The position numbers and the translations under genes are program-made. This document shows positions 39,983-51,318 of a stretch of 64,000 nt of DNA, piece by piece. The notes under the pieces are model-generated. The model ran no database searches and had not been told where the DNA came from. It saw only the letters and a list, made by a program, of their open reading frames with translations. The stretch is from the NCBI GenBank assembly GCA_964016885.1, contig OZ024741.1, positions 71,548,001 to 71,612,000 on the forward strand. Reading direction: 5' to 3'. Position 1 is the stretch's first letter. Each line of letters starts with the position of its first letter. This DNA comes from Eledone cirrhosa (taxonomy: Eukaryota).

Positions 39983-41547
39983 TGGGCTCTTAGAAAACTA
40001 GGTGTTGACGAATGGCTTGTGAGAGCTATACAAGCCATGTATAAAGAAACAGTCAGCAAGGTTAGAATTAACAACGAATATAGTGAAGAGTTTAGTGTAA
40101 AAGTTGGTGTACATCAGGGCTCTGTTCTTAGCCCCCTACTATTTATTATTGCCCTTCAGGCTATAACAGTGGAGTTCAAGACCGGCTGCCCATGGGAACT
40201 CCTATACGCAGATGATCTAACGCTCATAGCTGAATCAATGGCCGAGCTAGAGAAGAAATTCCAAACATGGAAGCATGGCCTAGAATCAAAAGGGCTTAAA
40301 ATTAACCTGGCTAAGACTAAAGTTCTAGTTTGTAGGAAAGAAAATAAGGCGCCGGTCCCTTCCGGGAAATGGCCATGCTCAGTGTGTAGGAAAGGCGTAG
40401 GTAGAAACTCCATTTTATGTCCCAAATGCAAAGTATGAGTGCATAAAAGATGTAGTGGGATCACAGGTAAGCTAACTAAGAACATAGATTTTACATGTGG
40501 CCGGTGCTCTGGTGCAATAAATAGCAGCAAGTGCCCACAAAATACTAGCTCTTTCAATTGCGCAGAGGGTTCTATAGAAATAGTGGACAGCTTCCATTAC
40601 CTGGGTGACAAAATCAGAAGTGGGGGAGGGTGCTCTGAGAGTACAGTAGCTAGAGTCAGAACTGGATGGAAAAAGTTCAGAGAGCTTATACCACTATTAG
40701 CCACTAAAGGGTTCTCCCTAAAAATGAAAGGCAGGTTGTATGATGCCTGCATACGAACAGCAATGTTGTATGGCAGTGAGACCTGGGCATTGTGTGCAGA
40801 GGATATACGTAGACTAGAGAGCTTGCATGCTCCACTGGATGTGTAATAGTAACATACGTGAACGGCAAAGCATAAGCGAACTAAGGAAAAAAATTAGAAA
40901 TAAGAGGGATCAGATGTTGTTTACTCGAGAGAAGGCTACGTTGGTATGGTCACGTGATGCGCATGAAAGACGACAGCTGTATAACAAAGTGCAGGGCAAT
41001 AAAGATAGACGGTAGCCACGGAGTAGGCAGACCCCAAAAAACCTGGGACGAGCTGATAAATTCCGACCTCACACACTTACACCTCTCCAAGACAATGTCA
41101 CTGGACCGAGACCTTTGGCGGTACTCAGTAATAGAGAAGACCCGCCTTACCTAAATACAAAGTAAAACCTACTACAGTCAGTAGGCATCTCTAACAAAAC
41201 ACACCCCTGTCCCACCACCCCCACCCCATCCACACCGCCCCCTTCTATGTAAAGTTATGTTGGTGTCACACCATCCAGGCCAAAACAAATGAGATCGTGT
41301 AGGTGTCATGACAAAAAAACACACAGTCCACGCTGTAATGTGGCCGTGTAGGCAACACGGTAAAAACCTCCCAGCCCCACACTGTAAATGTGGTTGGTGT
41401 TAGGAAGGGCATCCAGCTGTAGAAAACCCGCCAGACAGTCCTATGCGAGCAAGACAATCACTCTTGCCTCAAGTGGGAAAACCCCCGTCCAAACCCATGC
41501 AAGCGTGGAACACGGACGTTAAACGATGATGATGATGATGATGATGA
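39979..41547 (+). mobile_element. 5'-truncated RTE LINE with PHD finger
   Basis: VGVHQGSVLSP, WELLYADDL, C4HC3 motif, FHYLG, GRPQKTW; (GAT)n tail; close paralog of 51319-53447. Confidence 0.9.
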
Positions 41548-43699
41548 TATATATATATTTATGCATATACATCATCACCCAAGCAATGAAAATTATCGAC
41601 TATTTCTATAGAGACGTTAGGGCCTTGAAGGAGCTAGTATCCTGTGGGATATCCTGCTAGTACAGTAACCAGAGTAAAAATGGGATGGAAGAAGTTCAGG
41701 GAGCTACTACCACTGTTTTTCCCTTAAATTGAAGGGAAGACCGTACGATGCATATATATGAACAGCAATATTGAATATTAGTGAGACCTGGGCACTGTGT
41801 GCAGAGGAGCTGAGAAGACTGGAAAGAAATGAAGCATGCATGCTCCGATGAATATGTAACAGTAATATACATGAATGGCAAAGTGTAACTGAACTGAAAG
41901 AAGGATCAGATGTAGTACACTAGAGAGGAGTTGCATTGGTACGGTCATGTGATGCATATGAAGAGCGGCAGGTGTATAAAAAGGTGCAGGGTAATCAAAT
42001 TGATGGAAGCTATGGCGTAGGAAGACCTGGGACGGGGTGATAAAAGCTGACCTCGTGCAATTGCATTGCTCAAAGATAATGACACAGATCTTTGGTGTTA
42101 TGCAGTAATACAGAAAACACTCCTTCCCATGTACATGGATTCAAACACACATCTTGTAGGCACCTCTTTACTCCCTTCCATACACCCCTATGCCCCTACA
42201 CCCACCCTCCTACCCCAGTCCACATCACCCTTGCACTATAAAGTTAATTTATGTTGGTATCACAAAAAGACATCCAGCCCACACTGTAAAGTGGTTGTGT
42301 AGGAGTCACAACAAAAAGCACCCAGCCCACACTGTAATGTGGTCATGATTCAATACAATTATGCAATCAGCTATGAAAGCTGGATTATTACTTAATTCAC
42401 TATCTCACACTGCATAGTTAAAATCTGTATATCATCAGAGAGATTTGGGAGAAATTGAAGTCACATGTACGAGGTTAAACTTATTTAGTAAATTATATAT
42501 GTACACAAATACATTCTCCATGTATCTATGATCAAATATACAAGATAATTTACATTATCTAGTATATTTGACCATATTAACTGAGAATTCAATTCACACA
42601 TTAACAATTCTAATTACAACAATTTCTTGATTTTTCCCAAATGCTTAGAGATTAGATAACACAGGTCAATAGAAAATATTATGGGTGTGTAAGAAACGGC
42701 AAGGAGTGATACAGAGTGACAACTGAGTTCTCATGAACCTAGATTTTAATTACAGTAATAATAAAACTGGTAGGCAATAAAAGCAGAGGAGTATTATAAA
42801 ACAAGGTAGCTCCTAGTAAACAGTACATGTGTTTGTGTTGGCATTCACCTGGGATGTTAATTTACAACATTCTGAACAGAAGCTTGACCATGCTGATATC
42901 CTTTGTTCGAGTTACCAGTCATAATTCCATCAAAGGACATCATTGTTGTCATCATTATCACTGTTTTATATCTTTTTCCATGCTTCCTTGAGTTAGATGG
43001 ATCATCACATTCTGAGGCTAGACAGGTCAGATCATTGTGTCTTGCTCATAATGTTCCATTTTGGCATGGTTTCTATGGTCGGATGCTTTTCCTAATGTCA
43101 GCTATTTCATGGTATGTTTTATACTTTTCAAAAATGTCTTGCTAATGCAGCTTCAAGCAGTTTGTTAATTTAGATGTTTACAGCATCTTTGCATCTTTGT
43201 GAAATTTTGCAGTATTAGAGTAAAGATTTCAACTTTAGAACATAGAATAGAATGATTTAAGTATTCATTTCAGTTCTCTGCGTTCTCTGAGTTCAAATCC
43301 TTCCAAGGTGAACTTTGCTTTTCATCCTTTCAAGGTAGTTAAAAAAAGTACCGGTCAATTCTTTCTCTATACATCTTTCTCATTTCCTCTCTCTCAGTCT
43401 CTCCTTTTCTGGAAGAAATCAGCTGTGTTCAGACCAGGAGAGGGATGAATTCCACCAGGTTTAAAATGCCCAAACATTTCCTACATCACTGTGGTACCCT
43501 TACTACTCTATTAGGACTTACAGGTCCATGCATATATACATACATGATTAAGATGGCATTTGTAACATATCTTAACAAATGGTTCTTATATCAAACGCTG
43601 TTGGAAGATTTAATTTGGATAGGAACCCTTTAATAGACTCAGCTGTTTTAGGGTGGGTTGGAGTGAAAAGGTTTAAACTCAAAACAGTATTGTATAAAC

Positions 43700-44375
43700 C
43701 AAAGGTTCTCAACGGGGGGCATATGCACCCCCGGGGGGCGTTTCGGAACTCCAGGGAGGCGTTTGGGAGCAAGGTCGCGTTAGGGGGGCGCTGGAAGGCT
43801 CTTTATTTATAAGCCATATTTGTATGTCTTTGAGACAGCCAGTGTGAATGCATTTGAATGAGCTTGCAGACAGCATAACTATAGTCTGACTGTAGCTGTG
43901 AGCAGGTGTGCAGGCATGTCCGGTAATTGAGTTGTTAACTGGTAATTGAGATCCTAAAAATGGAAAAACCCACAGTCAACTGGGTCAAAGACACTTTGAG
44001 TGCAGCCAGTTAGAATCTTATCTTTCCTTCACCGATAACAATGTATTTCATGTCTGAAATTATTGACTCAACCGTAACGAGTTAACACTATGTAGATCTA
44101 TTTTATTCCCTATTGTATAAATAATATTACAAATAAAAAAAAGAAAAGAAAAAAAACAGAAGCGAGTAGCACACACATCTAGGACCACATACAACACATA
44201 ATCAGATAATACACACATCTTTGGAATATTGTTAATCGATTTTTTAGTAATCTACTGATATAAAAATCAGTAGTATATTGAAAAATGGAAAAATAGGTGT
44301 GTGTGTGTGTGGGGGGGGGTCGTGATTTCGAGGGACAAAAGGGGGCGTTTGGCCTAAATGGGTTGAGAACCTGTG
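43700..44375. mobile_element. hAT (Charlie-like) non-autonomous element, 676 bp
   Basis: TIRs CAAAGGTTCTCAAC / GTTGAGAACCTGTG (13/14 match) and perfect 8-bp TSD GTATAAAC at 43692-43699 and 44376-44383. Confidence 0.9.
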
Positions 44376-44471
44376 GTATAAACGAATAAAAATATTTATT
44401 TATAAAACTTAGCTAAAATGGAGGTACAAAAGGCTAATTTAAAAAAAATTAATATTTAAAACAGCGACTCA

Positions 44472-45192
44472 AAACGTCCATATTTCTATCACTGGCTTTA
44501 ATGGTAACGATAATGTGTTGGTTGATGTTTCTACATTTGTCGATGTGTTTTTTTTAATGAGGATGCGTGTGTGTTGAGGTGTTCTTTAATGCGAGTGTGG
44601 AGTGCTCGAGTTGTGCTACCAATGTAGAACTCCTTACATTTGTTGCATTCAATCTGGTATACCACATGTGTCCACTGGCACATACCTGTATCGCGGATAG
44701 GGAAGTTAATCAGCGAACATTGATTGTTATTGTCTTAAGAATTGAGGAAGCCTTGCTCATAGGTAGACTCAACCCATAAATAAATAATAGATTAGAACTC
44801 AGCACACAGTACTTGACATAAAAGACCCACCCACAGGCACACAAACTAAACACCTCATACAAAAAAGGAAACTGATTTCGCAAAATACTATATTGGCAAT
44901 TGGCGTCATTTACGTGGAAAGCGAAGTAACCATCGAAAAACGCTTGAAAACGACTTAGAAAATTTTTTTAATCAAAATCAAAATTTTATCCCAAATAGAG
45001 GAAATTGAAACGTTATCCACTGAAGGTTCCTTAAACCCTGATGAAGGGACTTTTAGATCCCGAAATATTGGACAGCTAAAAGAACAGCAACAACAACAAC
45101 AAAACAAAACAAAGATTACCAGGTAACTTTTACTTTTCATTACCTCATCCTAGTCTATTTTGCATTGTTTAGCCTTCTATCTCTTTCAATGT
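44472..45192. mobile_element. PLE 3' fragment with inverted 5' segment
   Basis: Minus strand 44735->44472 encodes HVVYQIECNKCKEFYIGSTTRALHTRIKEHL...RNMDV; the plus strand from about 44733 continues LRIEEALLIGRLNP and a terminal repeat. Confidence 0.8.
45036..45071 (+). ncRNA. Minimal hammerhead motif (family D)
   Basis: CC-CTGATGA-A-GGGA(CTTTTAGA)TCCC-GAAA-TA-TT-GG; palindromic AATATT stem III. Confidence 0.65.
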
Positions 45193-45433
45193 TATATATA
45201 TATGTGTGTATTCTACTTAGTGTATGTATGTGAGAGGGATTTAAAAGTGTGTGTGAGGATTGTTGAGAAAGAGAGAGTATGTGAAAAGAAAAGTGGGTGT
45301 GTCTGGTATATTTAAATCAATGTGGGGGAGGAGAAAAAGTGAGTAAATGGCTTTCTATGGAAAATGGATTGAATGAGAAAATTTGTGAAGAACACATTTT
45401 GCCATTGAAATAGTGGAGAATGTAAGAAGAATG

Positions 45434-46750
45434 TGTAGCGGTTGTCTCCCTTGTTTGGATTGGCGTCTGGACAGGGGGTGGAACCCTTTCTGCAACTTCC
45501 GGTCAGTACCCTATAAAACTAACAACTTTAAGCTCTCATTCTCTCATTGCCTTTTCGGCACCAGGTCAAGAGCCTCTCATTTGGCTCTGCCATTCATTTG
45601 GCCAACAGGCGCCTGGCCTTAGCCAGGCGTCCTCTGCCAGCCGCGTTTGCCTGACAATCAAAACGGTAACTACTAACTTTGCTTCATTCTATCATCTATT
45701 ACTTTGACATGTCAACTATACTATCTACCATTGTTAATTAAATATTATCTACACAAACAATGTATTCCTTGTTACATTCATGCAACCCTATTACTCTCGC
45801 TATATTGGTGACCCTGACGTGATACGAACACGCAGCCGTTCATCGCTATAAGTGGTCACCCCCAAAAAATAAAAAAATAGCACATCTGGTTTTGTGTGAG
45901 TAACATTACGAATACACAGCAAATTTATCGACAAACTATGAAAATACTCAAGGACACGCACACACGCACATGTGGAATTCGCACAGACAGACTTTTTCTC
46001 TCACGCATCAACTAACTGTCGCATTTCAGCAATATATATATATGTTTCTCGTTTCTTACAACGAACACTTTCAAAACAAAAAAAAACAAAAAAAACATTT
46101 CACGATATATATATATGTTTCTCCTTTCTTACAACGAACTCTTTCAAAACAAAAAAAAAAAAAAAAAAAGAAATTTGATATTCTTTAAGAAAACATTTCA
46201 ACAGGAACATTTATTTTCGATGAACCATTGCCTTTTTGTTCATCGTTTTCTTCATCGTTCAAGTTTTTTTTTCCCCAAAGTTCACACCAATAATTATGCT
46301 GAGTGAAGCCTTTCTTTTTCATCATTGTCACTTTCAAAATTGCACTATCATTTTCTCGCGCGTTAGAAATATTATTTTTTTCAACCTTGTATTGGCACGT
46401 GTAGGCAGCACAAATTCTCGATTCACAGAGATGTCTCTACTCACAGACATAGCCGCACGCCAGAGATAACATTTCTCGCCAAGGATTCTTCAGCCTTAAG
46501 CTATATTCTTCTATTTGCCGGTTTATAAATTTACAATGTAAATTTACCGTTGATAACCGCGCATTTATTAAGAATGCTTATTTCTCTGGTCGCTGGCCTC
46601 TTGACCCTTCCAGGTCAACGCATTCTCAACATCGACCATCAACTTCGGCTGCTATTTCTAGCACTTTGCGCAACTCATTTTTTCTAAAAAAAAAAAAAAT
46701 TTTTTTTTACTGTGAATTTAAACACCGAATACGCTCACTCAGCGAGACAA

Positions 46751-46792
<42 letters not shown>

Positions 46793-47585
46793 TACATCAA
46801 CACAGCTTCACCAACAACCAAAGCCAGAGAATTTATTTTTGCAGCACTCTTCCTGTGAGAAAATCCATTCGGAGGTTGGAAATTTCACGATATACCACAG
46901 AACAGAGACCACCTGCATTCATTCTCTGGAACACACTTTCTTTCCTGCTGTCAAGTGATTGCACACCTGTGAACTATATTTTGTACATTTGAACTTTGAG
47001 CTCTTCTCTTACTTTATTACATTGTATCTTTGGGTGATGGATAGATGGATGTCCAGTCGTTCTCTGGCCAAGAGCGGTTGGCTACCTTGATATCTATCAT
47101 TGATTTTTGCAAACATTCTTTTGTCGTAGTTTTCATGCCTGTTACAACATTCTCGCCAACTTGCTACATATTTTCATTTCGATTTTTATACACTAAAATT
47201 CTGGCGGGAGGTTATGTAGCGGTTGTCTCCCTTGTTTGGATTGGCGTCTGGACAGGGGGTGGAACCCTTTCTGCAACTTCCGGTCAGTACCCTATAAAAC
47301 TAACAACTTTAAGCTCTCATTCTCTCATTGCCTTTTCGGCACCAGGTCAAGAGCCTCTCATTTGGCTCTGCCATTCATTTGGCCAACAGGCGCCTGGCCT
47401 TAGCCAGGCGTCCTCTGCCAGCCGCGTTTGCCTGGCAATCAAAACGGTAACTACTAACTTTGCTTCATTCTATCATCTATTACTTTGACATGTCAACTAT
47501 ACTATCTACCATTGTTAATTAAATATTATCTACACAAACAATGTATTCCTTGTTACATTCATGCAACCCTATTACTCTCGCTATA
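45434..47585 (+). mobile_element. Intact non-autonomous LTR retrotransposon (TRIM/LARD-like, Gypsy-type features)
   Basis: 371-bp LTRs at 45434-45804 and 47215-47585 (one difference seen), AATG TSD (45430-45433 and 47586-47589), tRNA-Trp PBS at 45806, PPT GGCGGGAGG at 47203; no gag/pol ORF inside. Confidence 0.93.
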
Positions 47586-48389
47586 AATGTATTAGAATTA
47601 TTGGGTCAAGGATGAACATAATATATGCTTTGGTGTATGTCTATATAATGTGGTGAATTGACAGTAACATCCCCTTGGTATTTGTTCTGGCTTATTATGA
47701 TCTGAGTTTAAATATTACCGAGGTCAACTTTACTTTTCATCCTTTCGAGATGGATAAATGAAGTAGCAGTCCAGTAATGGGGTTGATTTTTCCTCTCTAT
47801 CTCTTTATCATTTTCTTTCTGTGGAAGAAATTGGCTGTGTTCCAACTAAGAGGAATAAACTCCACCAGAAATAAAATGCTCCAAACCTGCTGGGTATCAG
47901 GATGGCACTTCTATGACTCCTCCAAGAGTTAAGGGTATTTAATATTCTTTTACTTTTAAATATATGCGTTTGTATATTTGAGTGTATGTCTGCATGTGTG
48001 TGAGTATGTTTGTATGTTTGTGTATATATTTAAGTATAAATATGTACACATGCATGTTTGTTTGTGTTTGTACATGTATACATGTATATGTGCATATATG
48101 TGCGTTTGTCCATATATGTCTGTGTACATGTGTGTATGATTGTCTCTGTACATGTGTCTGTACATATACATCTGACTTTATATATGTCAGTATACATGAA
48201 CCTGTATATAAACCTGTGTGTATACATGAGAGTAAATATGACTATATATGTATGCATGTATATATGTATGTATGTATGTTATGTCGGGTCACTCTTGAGT
48301 GCTACTGGTAACATGAAACCCAGTACAACCTGTCGCATGGTTGGGTCGTCGGCGACTGTGTGTGTTTTCATTTTGTACATCTTATGCTA

Positions 48390-49112
48390 TATTAATATAG
48401 CATAAGATGTACTGAGGGACAATGTAAAGATAAGAATAAAATGTACATAGGTGAGACAGCTCGTAGCCTAGGAGAACGATTAAATGAACACTGGCAAGAA
48501 TTCCAAGATAGAAAAGACTCATCAGTACTCCACCAACATGCTAAAATAGAACATAAGGGCAAATTAGAGAACAGAAATAAAAATAAAATCTACACACAAA
48601 AAAGACGCAATATTTAGACAAATCACAGAGGCAATAAACATAAATGAACTCCAACCAAAATTAAATAGAAAACATGAATGGAACAGCAACATCACAACTT
48701 ACAATTAAGGACAAAATGAAAACACACACATAGAACAAACAACTAACTAGTAACATGTAAATAAACAAATAAATAAACAAATAAAAACACACACAGACAC
48801 CCGGATGTAACACATGCGCAAACTAAGCACACAACACACAAAAACAAGATGGCGTAGGACAGAACAAAGGAGAGGCACAAAACAAAGAAAAGAATCCCCA
48901 GTTATTGATGAGGTCACAGAATGTGTGACGAAAGAACTTTGACAATATATGAACAACCGTCCGGTTGTGGAACCAACCAACCAACCAACCAGAAATTTAT
49001 AAATTTTTAAATTTATAATTTAATTTATAATAAATTGAAGTGAAAGCAACTGGTGCGCGTGTTTCTTATTGGCAACATGACCCTCCCAAAGTATAACAAT
49101 ATCGGTTTCAAC
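48390..49112 (+). mobile_element. PLE (family E) GIY-YIG fragment plus pseudo-LTR
   Basis: YSIRC..C..MYIGETARSLGERLNEH..SSVLHQH..RQITEAI.I..QPKLNRKHEW; hammerhead-like TTGATGA..GAAA at 48901-48943. Confidence 0.8.
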
Positions 49113-49234
49113 ACACGTTTTCAGATAAAGAATCTTGCTAAACAAATTCAGAAACGAAATATATATATATAAAGAGAGAGAGAGATAGAGAGAGAAGTGT
49201 GTATATACACATATGCACACACACATACATATAT

Positions 49235-50792
49235 ATATGTATTGAAGACCAGAGTGTACCGTCTCCACCACCTCTGACATCGGATTCTATTACAACTATG
49301 GAATTTACACCTGCAATGCTGCAACGTCACCTTAAAAATAAACGCTACCATGCCTCTCCTGGTCTTGATGGTGTTACGTACCTGCTTCTCAAACGTGGTG
49401 GGTACTTCCTTCTACACCAGCTATCACGCTTCTTCCAATTCTGTCTGAACAACGGTGCTACTCCAGAACAGTGGAAAACTGCCAGTGTCATTCCTCTGTT
49501 GAAAAAGGGTGACTACACATCACCTGTCAACTATTGTCCAGTCAGTCTTACTAGCTGCATTGCCAAACTGATGGAATCCTGTGTCAGAGAAACGCTTTGG
49601 AACTTCTGGAACTCTCACAGTCTTTTCCCTCGCAATTTTGATTTATCTCCAACTCCAGCTGCTGTGATCAACTTATTGAGTTTCTTGAAAACATCACCTG
49701 GATCACTGATGGATGGACGTTGGCTCATGGGTGGATGTTGTTTACCTTGACTTTGCTAAAGCTTTCAATTCTGTGCCACACAAAAGACTTATGGCAAAAC
49801 TCTCTGCAATGGGTGTGAGGGATGATCTTTTTAACTGGTTGAAGTCCTTCATTCTCAGTCAAAGAGATGTAGTCACGGTTCTAGGACAGCATTCCTCACC
49901 ATATGAGATGTCATCTGGTGTACCACAGGGATCTGTTCTTGGCCCCCTTTTGCTTGTGGCATATATTAATGACATAGAGGCCAACTTAAAGAATGCCACA
50001 GTACTGAAATATGCAGATGACATCAAGCTGAACCTTGAGATAAAAAGGACAGACACTATAGATCTTGCCTGCAATCTGACCTGGACACAATGCAACAATG
50101 GATCACGGACTGGCAACTCAAGCTGGCTGTGGACAAGTGTACCACCATGCATTTTGGGAGTAAAAGCCCAGCATCCACATACTCGCTCCACAACACTAAT
50201 ATCACTAATATCAAGAAGTCTTCTTGTGAACGTGACCTGGGCATTACTTTCAGCAGCGATTTGCGTTGGACGAAGCACATCTCTAAAATTGTCAAGAAGG
50301 CCGAGGGTGTCTTAGCATCACTCAGCAAGACCTTTGTCAGCTGCTCTCCAACTATCTATTTAAAGCTGTATGTAGCTATGGTGCGGCCACACTTAGAATT
50401 TGCATCACCAATCTGGAACCCCTACCTTGCTCAGAACATTGACCACCTGGAAACTGTTCACAGACGTGCAACCAAGCGAATACCCTCCATCAGGCATCTA
50501 CCATACTCTGAACACCTTACTTCTCTGGGCATGGATACATTGAAGCTCCGACGTCTTGCAACTGACTTGGTAAACACCCACAAAATTATTAACCATCTTG
50601 CCAACAACAAGCCTGAGTACCTTTTTGATTTCCATCATGTGTCTAACACACGTGGGCATGCCAACAAAGTCAGAAAACAGCACAGCTCCCATGGCTTTCG
50701 GAAACATTTTTTTACACTCAGAGTTTCTGAAGCATGGAACAAACTCCCTGCATCAGTTGTTAGCTGTCAAGACACTGCATCCTTTAAAACCT
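49235..50792 (+). mobile_element. CR1-type LINE RT fragment, frameshifted
   Basis: SPGLDG, WKTASVIPLLKKG, NYCPVSLTS, DVVYLDFAKAF, SGVPQGSVLGP, YADD, ERDLG, VRPHLEFAS.IWNP, NTRGH, FFTLRV..WNKLP. Confidence 0.9.
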
Positions 50793-51318
50793 GCGGCTCA
50801 GTAGTTACCAATGATGTTGATCTTTTCTTCTTTTCAGGTTATAGCTACTGTCGTTCAGAGAGTGGGATTGGCTCAGTGCACAGTCTTTCCTCACTTTAAA
50901 AAAATATCTTCATGCACAGGCATTGCACGATAGAATTAATTAATAATTATTAATAATGGTATATCAAGCAATGGCCATACTCGATAACGAGGGAGCAGCC
51001 ATCATATAACAATTATAAGCGTGAAGTGCTAATAGACAAAAATATATCTAATTTTAATTCAAATTATATCATCATCATCATTCATCATTTCATTTTACGT
51101 CCACTTTTTCCCTGCTTGCAAGGGTGGGACGGGAACTGATTCTGGCTTGATTTCTACAGCTGGATGCACTTCCTAACACCAACCTCATTTACAGTGAGTG
51201 CTGGGTGCTTTTTTTGCTGTGGCACCACCACGACCACTTTGCAGTGGAATGATAGGGACCCCATTCCCTATCATCTCATTTCTACAACTGAGTAAACTGT
51301 AAATATATATATATATAC

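Noticed and set aside
45806-45837. tRNA-Trp gene
   Set aside because: Only the 3' 32 nt including CCA are present, antisense and directly after an LTR, so it is a PBS.
47045-47488. 147-aa hydrophobic ORF as env-like gene
   Set aside because: Runs through the PPT into the LTR, has no recognisable motifs and is likely a chance ORF.
47956-48405. Cys/His/Tyr-rich ORFs
   Set aside because: Translations of (TG/TA)n low-complexity sequence; the same applies to ORFs at 5473-5791 and 55955-56791.
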